Shown here: positions 11,895 through 25,929 of the stretch, piece after piece
Position numbering within the stretch: the first letter of the stretch is position 1
How the letters are laid out: each line of letters starts with the position of its first letter
DNA from: Lama glama
Taxonomy: Eukaryota
NCBI GenBank assembly: GCA_028534125.1
Contig: CM052817.1
Location: forward strand, 102,860,001-102,924,000
Reading direction: 5' to 3'
Length of the DNA stretch: 64,000 nt
Notes under the pieces: model-generated
Told to the model about the DNA's origin: nothing
The model's input: only the letters and a program-made list of their open reading frames with translations
The model's database searches: none
Translations under genes and position numbers: made by a program

Positions 11895-14800
11895 GGGAGG
11901 GAGATAACGATGGCAGAGGAAGAGGACATGGAGCTCCTCTTACCGTCTCTCACAAACACATCAAAAATACATCTATGTGTGGAGCAGTTCTCATGGAAAA
12001 CTAACCGGAAACTGGCAGAAGGGCTCCTATACAACCAAGGCTGTAGGAAAGGTACACATGTAATCGGGTAGGATGAGAAGAAATATACTGGGTTGGCACC
12101 TATGCCCCTGGGAGGGGAATCAGAGGAAAAGGGAGATCACACGGACAAACACTTGCCCTAGGGAGTAGGACAAGCAACAGACGGGACCTCCTAGTCCTGA
12201 GGTCCTCCATGTAGGAGGCAAGCCCCCTTGGCTGCTTGGAGAACTGCTGGGACAGACAGAAAGGCTGGAGAAGTCCATCTCCACTGATGAGGAGTGCACA
12301 GGTGCTGCAATAGACGTCTGCCCTAGCGTCTGCTGCTGCACCATGCTCCCCAGCCCAAGTCAAGTGAACACCCAGCCTCATCCATGCCGCAGCTTGGCAC
12401 TGGACCTTGGACCACCAATACCTGGGAAAAGACCTGACCTAGGAATGCAGGAGTGACCCGGTCCTGGGACAGAGCACAGGTGGGGTGATGGCCATTGTTG
12501 GTGCTTACTCAAGCAGCGCCCCAGAAGCAGCCCAGATGGCTGCCAGAAACCCCAAAACTGCTTTGCTGTGCACCCCAGCCTAAGTGGAGCAAATGCTCCA
12601 GCCCCACCCACTCCACAGCACTAGACCTAGAGCAGCCATGATGGGGGAAAAAAAACTTGGGCTGCATCTGAGCAGAACCACAGATAACTACACAAGTGGA
12701 GCACTGGACACCTGTAAGCACATGAGCTCCACTTGCTTCAGCACTCCCCTCCTTTGGGGAAAATGCCCCTGTGAGGAGAGAAGGGAAACACACTCTTAAA
12801 GGGAACAGAGCCAACTCGAGCCTGACCCTCAGAACTTCCATGCTACAACTTGAGAGCAGACTTCTCTCTTGACAAGGGGGTGATGGCTACTGAGCAAGGA
12901 AGTCCTGCCTCACCACCTGCACAGACTCTAGCTCCCCAATCTCCAATCAAACCTCCCAATAAGTAGCCAGCACACTCTGAGTAAAGATATGACTCACATC
13001 CACATCAAATCCAGTCCTCCCACAACAGGCATTGGGCAAATACTGTTGACATAGGGACACATCCACATAAGGACACCCTTTCAAGACCACAATAGGTAAC
13101 TATTTCACCTAAATTTATAGCGACAGAGAAAGTTAAGTAAAATGAAAAGGCAAAGGAACTACTCCCAATTGAAAGAGCAAGAGAAAACTCCTGAAAAAAT
13201 AAATGAAACATAAATAAATAATTTAACAGAGAAAGAATTTTAAACATTAGTAGTAAAAATGTTGACTGAATCTAGAAGAGAATTGATCTAAACACAAATA
13301 ATTTTAACAAGAAACTAGAAAGTATAAAGATCCAATCAAAAATAGCTAATTTAATATCTGAGATAGAAAGCACTCTAGAAGCACCCTAGAATAAATGGCA
13401 CAAAAGGATACATAAGTGATATGGAAGGTAGAATAATGGAAATCACCCAATCAGAACAGCAGAGAGAAAGACAAACGAAAAAAAAAAAAATTAGTGCAAT
13501 ATATGAGATCTCTGGGACAGTATCTAACGTGACAATATTTGCATTGTAGATATTCCAGAAGAAGAGAGAGATAAGGGTATTAAAAATGTATTTGAGGAAA
13601 TTATGGCTGAAAACTTCCCAAACGTAAAGAAGGAAACAGATGTCCAAGTACAGGAAGCACAGAGGGTCCTAAACAAGATGAACCCAAACAGACTCACACC
13701 AACAAGTATAATAATTAAAATGACAAAAGTTAAAGATAAAGAGAGAACTCTAAAGGCAGGAAGAGAAGGGTAAAGAGTCATTTACAAGAGAACACCAGTT
13801 ATTTTCTGGTCATCAGTTGATTTCTCTGTAGAAATTTTGCAGGCCACAAGGGAATGGCATGATATATTCAAAGTCCTGAAAGGGAAAAACATAGGATACG
13901 CTACACAGCATGGTAATCACTTAGAATAGAAGGAGATAAAGAACTTCTCAGACAAGCAAAAGCTTAAAAAATTCACCAATATTAAACCTATGTTTACAAG
14001 AAATGTTGAAGGGTCTCCTCTAGATGGAAAAGCAGTAAGAATCTTCCAGAAAAGAAAAATTCCTATCGGAAAGGCAAGTATATAATAAAGATTGAAGGTC
14101 ACTTAAATAAGCCAGTACATAGATTAAAAGACAAAAAAATTACCAATGTAACTATAACTACAATAAACAGCAAAGGAATAAGCATGAAGATGTAAAATAT
14201 GACATCAAAAACATGAAAAGTGGGGGAGGGGAGTAAAAATGTTGATCTTTTAGAATGTATTTAAACTTAAATGACTACTAGTTTAAAGCAAAAAGATATA
14301 ATTATGGGTCAGTGTCTATGAACCTCATGGAAACCACATATTAAAAAACTAAAATAGATACACAAAAACCAAAAAGAAAGGAAACCAAGCATAATATAAA
14401 ATATTATCATCAAACCACAATGGGAGAAACACAAAGAAATGAACAGAGAAAACTTAAAAAACAACCAGAAAACAAATACTAAAATGGCAGTAAGTACTAC
14501 CTATCAACAACTACATTAAATGTGTCAAAGGGCTAAATGTTCTGATCAAAAGACATAGAGTGGATGATTGAATAAAAAGCCAAGACCTTCCCCATATGCT
14601 GCTTACAAGAGACTCACTTGAGGGCTAAATACACACAAACTGAAAGGGAAGGGATATAAAAGGGTGTTTCATGCAAATGGAAATGACAAGAAGGCAGGAG
14701 TGGCAATAATCATGTCAGACAGAATAGACTTTAAAACAGGCAATAACAAAAGACAAAGAAGGGTGTTATATAATGATAAAGGGATCAATATAATAAGAGA

Positions 14801-15592
14801 ATATTACACTTGTTAATATCACGCACCCAATATCAGAGCATCTAAAAATATAAAACTAATACAGACATAAATGGAGAAATAGACAATAATACAACAGTAG
14901 TAGGGGAATTTAACACCCCACTGACGTCAATAGGCAAATCATCCAGACAGAAAATCAATAAGGCAACAGTGGTCTTAAACAACATAACACAACACACATT
15001 GGACTTCATAGATATCCAAAGCCGTTACATCCAAAACCAGCAGCATACACATTCTTTTAAGGTTCACTTGGACCATTCTCCAGGATAGACCACATACTAG
15101 GTCACAAAAGAAGCCTCAACAAATTTAAGAGGCTAGAAATGGCATCAAGCATTTTTTCGAACCACAACAGTATGAAACTAGAAATCAGCTACAGAAACAA
15201 AAATGAGAAAAGAACAAACACACAGAGACTAAACAATATGCTACTGAAAAACAAATGGGTAATGATAATATCAAAAATAAAACCGGAAAATACCTCAGAA
15301 TGGCCATCATCAAAAAGTCTACAAGTAACAAAGGCTGGAGAGGGTGTGGAGGAGAGGGAACTCTTGTACACTGTTGGTAGGAATGTAAACTGGTGCAACC
15401 ACTATGGAAGACGTTATGGAGGTTCCTCCAGAAACTGAAAACAGAACTACCATATGATCCAGCAATCCCACACCTGGGTATATATCTGGAAACAATGAAA
15501 ACACTAATTGGAAAGATTCGTGCACCCCAATGCAGTATTATTTACAATAGCCAAGACATCTGTGCCCATCAACAGATGAGTGGATTAAGAGT

Positions 15593-15630
<38 letters not shown>

Positions 15631-16085
15631 TGCAATGGAATATTACTCATAATGAAATACTGCCATTTGCAGCAGTGGGGGTTGACCTCTAGAATATTAC
15701 ACCAAGTGAAGCAGATCAGACAGCTAAAGGCAAATACTGTATGATATCACTTATAGGTGGAATTTTAAAAATAATACAAATTAATGCATATGCAAAGGAG
15801 AAATAGACTCACAGACATAGAAAATAAGCTTGTGGTTACCAAAGGGGAGAGGGAAAAAGAAAGGGACAAATTAGGGGTATGGGATTAACAGATACAAACT
15901 ACTATACATAAAATAGATAAGCAACAAGGATATACTATATAATAGCACAGGGAATCATAGCCATTATCTTATAATAACCTATAATGGAGTGTAACCCGCA
16001 AAAATGCTGAATCACTATGCTGTACATCTAAAAATAACATAATATTGTAAATCAACTATACTTCATATAAAAGATAAATAAAATA
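11895..16085 (+). mobile_element. L1 with 5' UTR, degenerate ORF1, ORF2 endonuclease region, large internal deletion (RT missing) and 3' end
   Basis: GC-richer 5' UTR 11895-13140. ORF1 relic from ATG 13142 to about 14023. ORF2 ATG 14484 with endonuclease motifs (GEFNTP, DHILGHK, FSNHN). Jumps at about 15297 to the ORF2 C-terminus (MAIIKKS...LPYDPAIP), then 3' UTR and A-rich tail. Confidence 0.92.
15594..15630. repeat. (CA)n microsatellite inside L1
   Basis: acacacacacacacacacacacacacacacgcacaca. Confidence 0.9.
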
Positions 16086-18499
16086 AAGGAGGTCTCCTTA
16101 AGCAAAGAGCAATGTTTAGAGTATTTTTTAAATATTTCATGTCTAATGTCTCTAAGCACAAAAGTAGTGAGTAAGAATACAATTATCTGATTTTAAATAT
16201 TAATAGGCAAAAGCAAGGAATAAAAATTTTTGAATTTTATTTTTATTCAAAAAGTGGTCTTCTATGGTCTTAGAATACTTATTTAAAGTCCAGTGTTTAT
16301 GTTTTATAAAGTAATAAGGCATTCAGAATCTGTCTTAGCTTGTGTATTTAACGTTAACAAATTCCCTTAGAATTATGCAGAATGAAAGTATGTGTTAGAT
16401 TTCTGTAAAATTATATACACAACATTACATAAATGAAAATTCTAGCTGGGACTAGTAAGTTCTCATCAGCCCTCTGATGATAAGATACACCAAACAGAAT
16501 TCTTCAAATGATGTTAGTGTTTTTAATATTTTAATATGGAAAAAGTCCTTCTAAGTTCACAATAATTCTGAACCTGGGCTCTGTTGTTTATTTTCATGAC
16601 AGCAAAAATGCCACGCATCCATGAAAAGCAGCCTCTGAGTAAATTCTGCTAGGTCATCTCTGAAACAATAACCAAAAAAAAACTACGAATTTATGATTCT
16701 CTCTGCTATCATAAGTTGTATCCATTTGGGGATATTTTTCATGTATTTTTCTCAGAATTTGTGTTAGAGCTAGAATTTGGAGCCTGTCTGAAGACATGCA
16801 ACATACAAGCAGGGTTTTAAAAAATGTATGTTCACATGACTATTTACAATGTTGCGCCCTCCAACTCTCCCAAATAAAGTTATAACAATCTTGACGCTTC
16901 ATGGCTTAGGGTTCTGAACTCTGTACATGAATGTCTGCTGAAACACAATAATAAAGGTAAAACTACATATGCAATGCTAAGGTAGACTTAGCATTTCAAT
17001 ATAATTAAACACAAATATACTGGGAAGGAATGGAGATAGCTGGCCAAACATCAAGGCACAAATGACAACTTTAAACTGAACTCAGGCATCCTGGTTTCGA
17101 ATACAATTTAAACATTGACAATGCAAAATTTCCAGGTTCAAGTAAGAAAGTCCCATGGTTGACAGAAATTTCTCATACAATACTGGAAATGAATCAAAAA
17201 TAAAAATACTGCTTAAAATACCCAGAGTTATAAATGTAAGAGAGAAGGCAATTCTCAAAATATGTTTTGAGTTTTGCTAAACATAAAACATTTTAATGTG
17301 AAATTTAATTTTGCCAAGCTCAGAACACTCCCAGGTTCTCCAAGGCTTTTAACGTATACAAATTTATATTCTTTCTTGTCACCACCTCGGCAGCAATGAA
17401 AGCAGCTTTCCAAACACACATTTGAAATTTCTTTGACCCAGGGTGTCATAGTTCCCTATGTGGCTCATTCCAATGTTGCTACAGTCACATGGAGGGAACA
17501 GCTCTGACTTAATTTTAAAAGATGAGCTACTAAAACAGTTCTGATCTCATGGGTTGAAAAATAATATTTTGGTAGAAAATACCACATTTTGAATCTTTTT
17601 TTCTTAAAAAATATTGTCAAAACCTAACTCATTTCTCTCTTTTTGGCTATCAGTGTGTCTAAACTGGTTTCAGTTGTCTCTGGGAGGAAGCCAACAGTTC
17701 TATGTTCACTTTAGTAATCATATATTTAATACAATATATTAAATATGTTAATAAGGAAATAATGCTCTTCTAAGACATATCCCAAAAGTGTAAGGACTGA
17801 GCTGGAGACTGACAACCTCTTCCCTAAAGAGCAGTGAAAAGGCAGCATTTTTCACCATTCACTTGCTTGTCTATGTTTCCAGACAGAGAGCTGATGAATC
17901 AGTAACTGGGGATAAGAATTCAGAATTGGAAGTGGGCACAGAAAAATATGCTTTGAAATCCTTTGGCCTAGAAGCAGTTTATTTACTATTAGAAGCACAT
18001 GAGTCTTTGGGGTATAAGACAAGCTATATGATGGCTACTAATGTAAGATTTCTTCAACAATAATCAAAACAATTCATGCTTCTTGTTTAGAAGTTTCGGG
18101 TTATGAAAGAACAGATGACGTGTACACATAAATTAAAATTCTTGCTCTGCAAAGAGTTTTGGGACGAAAGGCAGGTAAAGTCCTCACAGGTAGCTCTTGT
18201 CTGCTATTCACAGCTTAGAGAAGGGATGCAGATGCGTCTTGCAGACACTCATTTCTAATAACCACTCTGTGAGGTTGGTACCCTTGTCCATATAACATAA
18301 CTCAAGTTCAGTGAAGGAAACAAACTTGACTGAGTCAGGGGTAGAACACAAGCCCAGGCATTTTATCATTGTATTAACTTACAAAGAAACTGAAGCCAGA
18401 TTACTTATAACTAGATACAAACCCAACAATTGCTTTAAAAATTGTTTTTTTTTTCCCCCAGTGACAGCTTAGTGTGTTGCTTTGTCATAGTCTCTCCCT

Positions 18500-18760
18500 C
18501 CTGTCTTCCCTGTACTTAAGTGTGGATCGTCACATCCTGTTGACCCTGTCCTCTACAAATCCCTAGTAACGTTTCTGTCTTTTCTAATGTTTCTGTCAGC
18601 CTGCCAGGCTAGGCACTCATCACCTCCTCGCTGAACTAATTAGGAGCTTTCATGTTGACCTCTGACGTGCCACTCTACCAAATGAATCCTTCTGGAACAC
18701 TTTCAACATGGCTTTTCTGTGCAAAACCTTCAATGGATGGCTGCATCTTCCCTGATATCA
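18500..18760 (+). mobile_element. L2 relic
   Basis: cacatcctgttgaccctgtcctc...ggcactcatcacctcctcgctgaacta...aaaaccttcaatggatggc resembles the L2 body. Confidence 0.5.
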
Positions 18761-21700
18761 TTTCTCAGTGTGAGTTTTGGATTGTGCACATTAGAATTAG
18801 TGAGGAGTGAAGAAAACACACTGCAATATATTTTCTGAAGTTAGAGCCATAAATCTGCATTAAACTAGCCTGTTTAGTTCTTACAAGCCCCTACCCCTCA
18901 GAGTCTGGCTCCATCCTTGGCTCCAGCCTTGTCAGCCTTCTCGTCTCATGACCTCAGGCTTTGTTCTAACTCCTTGTCTTCATTCATGCTGTTTGTTGCT
19001 GCTCCCTCTCCCCTCATCCTTGTACTTTCTCATTTCAAATCCATGTCTTTCATCCTGCCACTCTAACTACCGTAATGCTTCTTAGTATTCTGGGTAAGTG
19101 AACTTTCCAAGTCAGATTATAAAACACATATCTCTACCGTCATGAAGACCTAACATTCTCTCTCAGTGACTCACAGTAGTCACTATGCATACAGGTTATG
19201 GGGAACTGCAGGAAAGCATCCTCATGCCGACATTAAGGTCACTGTGTCCTCCCCAGGTTATATGGGGTCACCTCCCCAGCTATTGGTATTCTTACTCCCA
19301 AAAGATTTTGCTGGGTCCTCTTCGAGTTTTCAGATTCAATACGACATGGGTCATTAAAGCTGATAAGTAAGCTTATTAAAAATCCTATGCTAAGAATGAG
19401 TCAGTAAGGCTCTGGTAAAAACTTCATGAAATAAAGTGCCCAGTTAACAACAGGTTTTATGCCAGAGAGTTGTGTCCCACGTTGGAGTCCTTCAAGTATT
19501 GCAAGATTCAAAGCTCTGCTCTCCAGGATTGAAAAGCTCTAAGTTTGAATTTGGAGTAAACAGGTGTTGATAAAATCTTTTTGATTGGTTTTAATATGTA
19601 CGATTTCTTAAAGATAAGTATAATCTAATCAAAATTATCCAAGCATTTCCACAAAGAAACATATTAAGTCTTTTCTGAGTCTATATATTATCCCAACAAT
19701 GGTACATCTATAGTTAGATTTTCATCATTTTAGTTTAACACAGAAATAAAGTCATGGACAGAGTAAAGATGCAGTTCTAGAAATCTAAATGATCTGAACA
19801 TAAACCACCAGGTAACATCAATCAACATAGTTTTCACATATTAAAAAAGAAAAATATAAATGCTCCAAATTAGGCAAGGGTAATTGAGATGGATGGATTT
19901 ATTTATATTTGCTCGAACTTTTAGAGAGACTCTTTAATACCCACACCACAAGCCTTGGAGGCAAGAATCACAACATCTGAGAAGACTAAAGAGGTAATGA
20001 ATCATCAGAGTCAAAAGTAATCAGCATCAAGGCAAGACCTGGGGCCTGGATCGTGTGACAGCTCTGCAGTCAGGGCTCGCAAGAGCGTCGTGCCCAGACG
20101 ACACACTCAGAGACACACAGACACGCTTAGACACACACACAGATTTTTGATGCCCTATAGTGTTTTATTCATCATTACTCTCCTAACTAACAGACTGGAT
20201 GTAACAAGCACTAAAGACAGTACGTTGCAAATATTGGCAATTACTAAATGGTCCAGTTATTTTGAAGAAAATAAATAAAGAAATGAAGAAAATAAAACCT
20301 GAAGAGGTTTTAAGAAACTGATGAAGAAATTCAGCCTTAGAAAAATTCAGCCAGCAAATCATCAAACAGATTCAAACCCAGACAGTCTGATTACAAAGCC
20401 CAAATATTTAACTAAAATCACCTTTCTAGTATCTTTCTTTCACAGCACTTAATTCATTTTAATGTGTATGCTAAGATATGTCTCCCAAGCAGATTATAAA
20501 ATCTTAATGGGGCTCTACCATATTTAGCTTAAAATCTTGAGATTCTGGCACACAGTCTGGCACATAGAAGTTTCTCATTAAGTGTCAATGACAATACAAT
20601 TCTAGCAAAGATATCACTTAACACACGTAATTTGAGTAATCAGTGGTATTTTAAATAATGTTCTGCTGCACTGGCATCCCCTCCTTCCATTTCTCCCCAC
20701 CTGACTTTTGCACTTAATCCATTTTCATGCTGAATGCACAGCGGCTGTGAATCTGTAAACCGCAGCGCCATCACCATGGAGACATCCTCTCCTACCAGAT
20801 GCAGATAGTGACTCTTATCTATTGAGCTTTCACCCTGGCTCCTCACAGTTTATGATAAATTACAATGATGATCCTTCCAGGCTTCCAATAATATGTATTT
20901 TTCCCTTCACCTAGATTTTCTTTTCCTGTTTATTCTTCTTCAATCCTCACTATAAACCTCTTAAAACTACAGAATCAAAATGCAACCTTCCCTGAGCTTC
21001 CAGAAGAATATAATGCCCCCCTTTACCCTGACAAAGAAAGAAAATATGATTCATGACAAGCATAAAAGAGTAATAAGATCATCATGAGAAGACACTAATC
21101 CAAACATGTAACATTGAATCTTAAAAATCTACCTCTCAAAATTATTATGTTTTCTTTTGCTATCACACCCCAATACTGTGCTTGGCTGGTTGTTTTTTCT
21201 TTCAGTTCTTTTATTAAGTTTGTGGTCGTAATTTGTTCCATTTATGTTTTTATGAGTCCACCAATATTTTCCAGATCCTTAAAAAAAAAAAATCTTCCTT
21301 TTGAAGAATCCACTTTCTCCCCCTAAGTGTATTCATCCCTTTCACTCCTCTCAAATGTATAGCAGGTACTCTGAGTATTTCAGACAAACAGTTACGGTCA
21401 GCCCTACTCAGACATTCTTAAAATCCTCCTCTCCTGGTTCACTTGGCACCCCCACTGGTACGGAGTCATGTTGTGCAGCCCTTTGCAACATTCCTGTACA
21501 AATACAATGAGTGAATATTGGAAAGAAGCCAGCAATTATTTAAGGAGTTGAAGTAATAAAGATAAAAAATGAGATATAATCAAAATAAATTTTGAGTTTT
21601 AAAGTAAAAACTCTAAATTAAGAATTCTGGGCACAACAGTAGGGCTTGAAATAGGTAAGTTAGGTGAGCACTTGTGTTTGATTCAAGGGAAGTGAAAATT

Positions 21701-23929
21701 CAAGAAAATATTGTAATTTTTATAAGAGATTCTGCCACAGGACCCTTTCTTAGGCCTAGAAATTCACAATGATTCTCCAGTGGACTTTAGCTCGATTACA
21801 AAATTTCACATTCAAATTCATCAACACCATCTCCCTAATAAAGTTATATTAAAACAATTTTAAGGGAAATTATGCTCTACTGTTAAATAGAGAGAAGTGT
21901 ATAAATGGCATTATGTCCTTGACTAAACTGAGTGAAATTCACTCTCTTAATCTGTACAAAAAAAAAAAAAAACCATGACAAAGAGGAAATGGATGACCTA
22001 TCTCAAAGGTGTTTTTTGATGATGAATAAACACCACTGCAGTTAACATCTCTGCAAACGGAAAGCAACAACAACAAAGCCAGCTGGGTGCTGCAGCATGA
22101 GGTGGTGTATAAATAGAAGCTCCGTGGAGAGAACACAGCAGTGGAAAGGCAGGTGGAAGTTAGCTCCTGGTGCCGCAGCGCTGGCACAGTCAGCCAGACT
22201 CCAGATGGAGAAGGGAAGCTTAGGGGAGCCAGGTATGTGAGAAGCACAGGCTGTCCATCTGGCACCCCCTCACGGTTCATGAAAACTGCAGGTTGGGTGA
22301 GAACTTGAGCAATGACAATAAAAAACAAAGGACGAATGCCCTATCCACTCACTGGGACCTGTCTCTAGTACCCAAAGCCATGGGTTAGTGTCAAAATGTA
22401 GAAGTCACTCATCCTTTCAGCATGACACTGGTAGTCATGATGTCAAATCTAATACTTGTAGCACTGTGCCCTGACAAGACAGCAACTGCTTTTAACTTCT
22501 GATTTTGACCTTCATTTTGACTTTACGCCTTTAGACATTTTAAGTCTGTTCGAAAGATTGGCAAAACACAAAAAAACCTACCAGAATTATAATTAAGAAA
22601 ACATACCTAAGTGAAGTTGAACATTAAACAAATATATCAGCAATAAAATCTATATAATATCTCAAGTTTTCTTTCTCTTTTTAAAATCGTTCTTGCTCTT
22701 TAGTGCAGGATACTTTGTCCAGTCTAATTTGGAATACCCCCCCCAAAAAAGACTTTAAAAAATTTATTAGTCCTATTCGGCTTTTTAAAATATTTATTTT
22801 TTTCCTCCCTATACATATGAATTGGGGAGTTAACGTAGGTATTTTGGCAGAGAGTCAATTCTATTGTGCCTTCCATTTACTATTAATATATTAGAACCAT
22901 GAAAACAATAGCCCTGTAAGTCCTTAGAGGGCACTTTACACCCTGTACATATCCTATGATTTTTCATTTATTTATTGACTCGTATTTTCAAACCATTCAA
23001 TCCGTCCATTCTCACCAGTCTTCATGAGAAACCTGTAAAGTGGAAGGGCAATAATTGAGGGGGCCCAGGTCACCAAAAGATGAGCGATATCTAAAGTCAG
23101 GCTTTTAATTCCTTGCCCAGTGATCTCCCCCACTTCACTTCCTCATTATTCAAATCACTGTTTAAAATATTGAAGTTAGTGTACAATGTATAATTCACTC
23201 TCCTACAAATTTTCTTCAAAACCAGAATAGAGAATCATTTAAATGTTCCAAATGTTTTCTCAAGATTGTACAAACTTCTTAAAAAATTATGTCTGATCCA
23301 TAAGATTTCATAATTTCAACAGAGGACAGTATGAACAAAGTAACCGTGCAGTATTGAAGAAATGAATTAGGCAAAATCGGTTGGTATGTTTCGTGTTTGG
23401 AGAGCACCATTTCACATTTTCCTTGACTTGGCCAAAACTGTAGAGTGCATTAGAATAATTTGATAAACAGGAAATTCTCCATTTTGAACCACAGAAGAAA
23501 TATTTTCTAACAGGTACTACTTGTAACTGCAAAAATCAACCTTTTATTACTACCTATTCTTAAAACACAATAGAGCAGTTGTTCAGATTTATAACAAAAG
23601 CATAAAAGAAGCACAAGGCTACACGAAATGTAATGCAAATTTGATGATCAGTGCTCTAGTACTGTGCTCTTTGAGATCCACAGCACAGCACAGCCTTAAA
23701 AGGTTGAAAATGCCTAACACCTGAAACTAGGTTGACTTGGTGGAAATGGACCGATGACTACGACAGAGTTAAAACACTTGCATTTGTCACCTAAAGAAAC
23801 TTCACCCCAGTGAAGAGCACGGTGGCTGAGTAGGGAGCTCACGGAAGCACCCAGTGCTAAACCACAGTCACAGTTTCAAAACAGTTTTAATATCTAGGTA
23901 GGAAAAATAATTAAGTTTCAAGACTTGGG

Positions 23930-25307
23930 AAAATCCTTTTTGGCTCTTGGTTCTGCCCTCTAGGATTCCAGTCTCAATCTTTGGGCTCAGTACACCTTTT
24001 TTTTTTCTCTGAAAGGTTGCACCTATTTGCAGTTGAGTGATTTTATCATTAGTTTTATCCACCAGTAGAATTTGGGGGATCAAACAGCCAGCCTGATTTC
24101 ATTTCATACTCTCTGTCTGTCTCTGTCCAAGCTGGCAGTGTTTGTAGCGGCATAAAATTCTCAAACTATGTGTGGGCTTTTTGTGAATTTCACAGGGTTT
24201 CACTCCATTAGATAAGATGCCCTTCTACAGATCTCTCCTGGATAATCTCTTCTCTGGTTTTGGCTTCTGCTGAGATGGCTGAGGAACAACACCATTCAGA
24301 TTTGTAGAAGCCCCTAGTTTGAATGAGGCGATCTGTTAATCACACCCTTGTCTCTTCAAAGACTCTTCTACGTACTCGAAACTTTGCTCTTTCTTAGAGT
24401 CGCACCTTCAGCCTTTTCTCCACAGCACACTTTACCGGCAATAAATCTCTTAATTTTAGAGACTTTTCCCATCTGGATAGGTTGAGAACTTCCAAAATCA
24501 TTAAGTTCTTATTTCTTTTTGTTTAGTAATTTTCCCCTCAATTTATCTTTCTCTTCTCACATTTTACTATAAGCAGCAAGAGAAGCCATATGTTATGGAC
24601 TGAATGTGTTCCCCTAAAAACCCTAACCCCAATAAGGTTGTATTTGGAATAAGAAAGTAATTAAAATTAAATGACATCCTAAGAGTAGGGTCCTGATCAA
24701 ATAGGATTAATGACCTCATAAGAAGAGACACCAGAGAGCTCACTCTGTCTCTCTCAAACATAAGGAAAGGCTATGTGAGCACAGAGCAAGACGGCAGTCA
24801 CCTACAAGCCAAGAAGAGAGCTCTCAGAATGAAATCTGCCTTCCTGACACCTTGACCTTGGACTTCGCCATCTCCAGAACTGTAAGAAATAAATTTCTGT
24901 TGTTTAAGCCTTCCATGCTATGGTATTTTGTTATGGCAGCCTTAGCTGACTAATACACCAGGTAACATTTTCTCTATTTTGATTAGAAATATCAAGTAAA
25001 TATCCAAGTTCATCATTTACAAGTTCTACCTGTAACATAACTACAGGACACAATTTCGCTATGCTCTCTACCACTATGTGACAATGATCCCCATTCCTTC
25101 AGTTTCCAGTAACATGTTCCTCACTTCCCTCTAAGCTCTCATCAGAAGCATCCTTAATGTTCACATTCATGTTCAAGGCAATCTAGGCTTTTTCTATCAT
25201 ATTCCTCAATATTCTTCCAGCCTCTGCCCACAGCCCTAAGTGTGAATCCATTTTCATATTTTTAAGTATTTATTACAAAAACATCCTGCTTCCCAGGTAC
25301 CAAAATC
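23930..25307 (-). mobile_element. MaLR (MLT1) internal region, interrupted by a solo LTR at 24591-24957
   Basis: Minus strand begins GATTTTGGTACCTGGGAAG directly after the LTR end, the typical MaLR internal start. MLT-int-like sequence continues on both sides of the nested LTR. Left boundary approximate. Confidence 0.7.
24591..24957 (+). mobile_element. MLT1A-like MaLR solo LTR
   Basis: TGttatggactgaatgtg...ccagaactgtaagaaataaatttctgttgtttaagcc...ggtattttgttatggcagcc...ctaataCA; 367 bp with TG...CA ends. Confidence 0.9.
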
Positions 25308-25929
25308 TGTATTAATTTTTATTGCTGCCCTAACAAATTATGGCAAATTTTGCAGCTTAGCCCAACACAATTTATCTCACAGTTGCTGTAGGTCAGAAGT
25401 CCAGGCACATTGTGGCTCAGCTGGTTCCTCTACTTAAGAGTCTCATTAGGTGCAAACTGAGGTGTCAGCAGGGTGACATTCCTTCCTGGAAGTTCTGGAC
25501 AAGGATCCGCTTCCAAGTTCATTCAGTTTGTTGGTAAAACTCATTTCTTTGGGACTACAGAGCAGAGGTCCCCCTAGAATCCCTTTTCTTCAGGAGCCTC
25601 TTACAGCTCCATGTGCCCCACACTTCACCTTGGGCCTCCAGCAACAGCAGGTGGAGCTGTTTTCCTCACACATCCGTCTTATACTTCAGATCCCTGACTT
25701 CTCACTCGGCTGCATCTCTCTGACTGACTCTTCTGTCTTCTGCTTTCAAGAGCTCATGTGACTACAGTGAACTCATCTCATCTTTGAGAATCTCCTTATT
25801 TTAAGGTCATCTGTTTAGTAACCTGACTTCCATCTGCAAAGTCCTTTTAGAGCAGTGCGTGGATTAGTGTTTGACTGAATGACTTGTGGGCAAGAATCCT
25901 GAGAAGACATCTTTAGAATCTGCCCAACA
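25308..25929 (-). mobile_element. MLT1 (E/F-like) MaLR LTR, 5' LTR of the partial provirus
   Basis: tgtattaatttttattgctgccctaacaaatta...tttatctcacagttgctgtaggtcagaagtcc...tttagaatctgcccaaca is a reverse-oriented MLT1 LTR. Confidence 0.85.

Noticed and set aside
12100..12841. Antisense ORFs in the L1 5' UTR as an ORF0 analogue
   Set aside because: ORF0 is described for primate L1s. These ORFs stop before the antisense donor and have no evident counterpart in the 30910 element.
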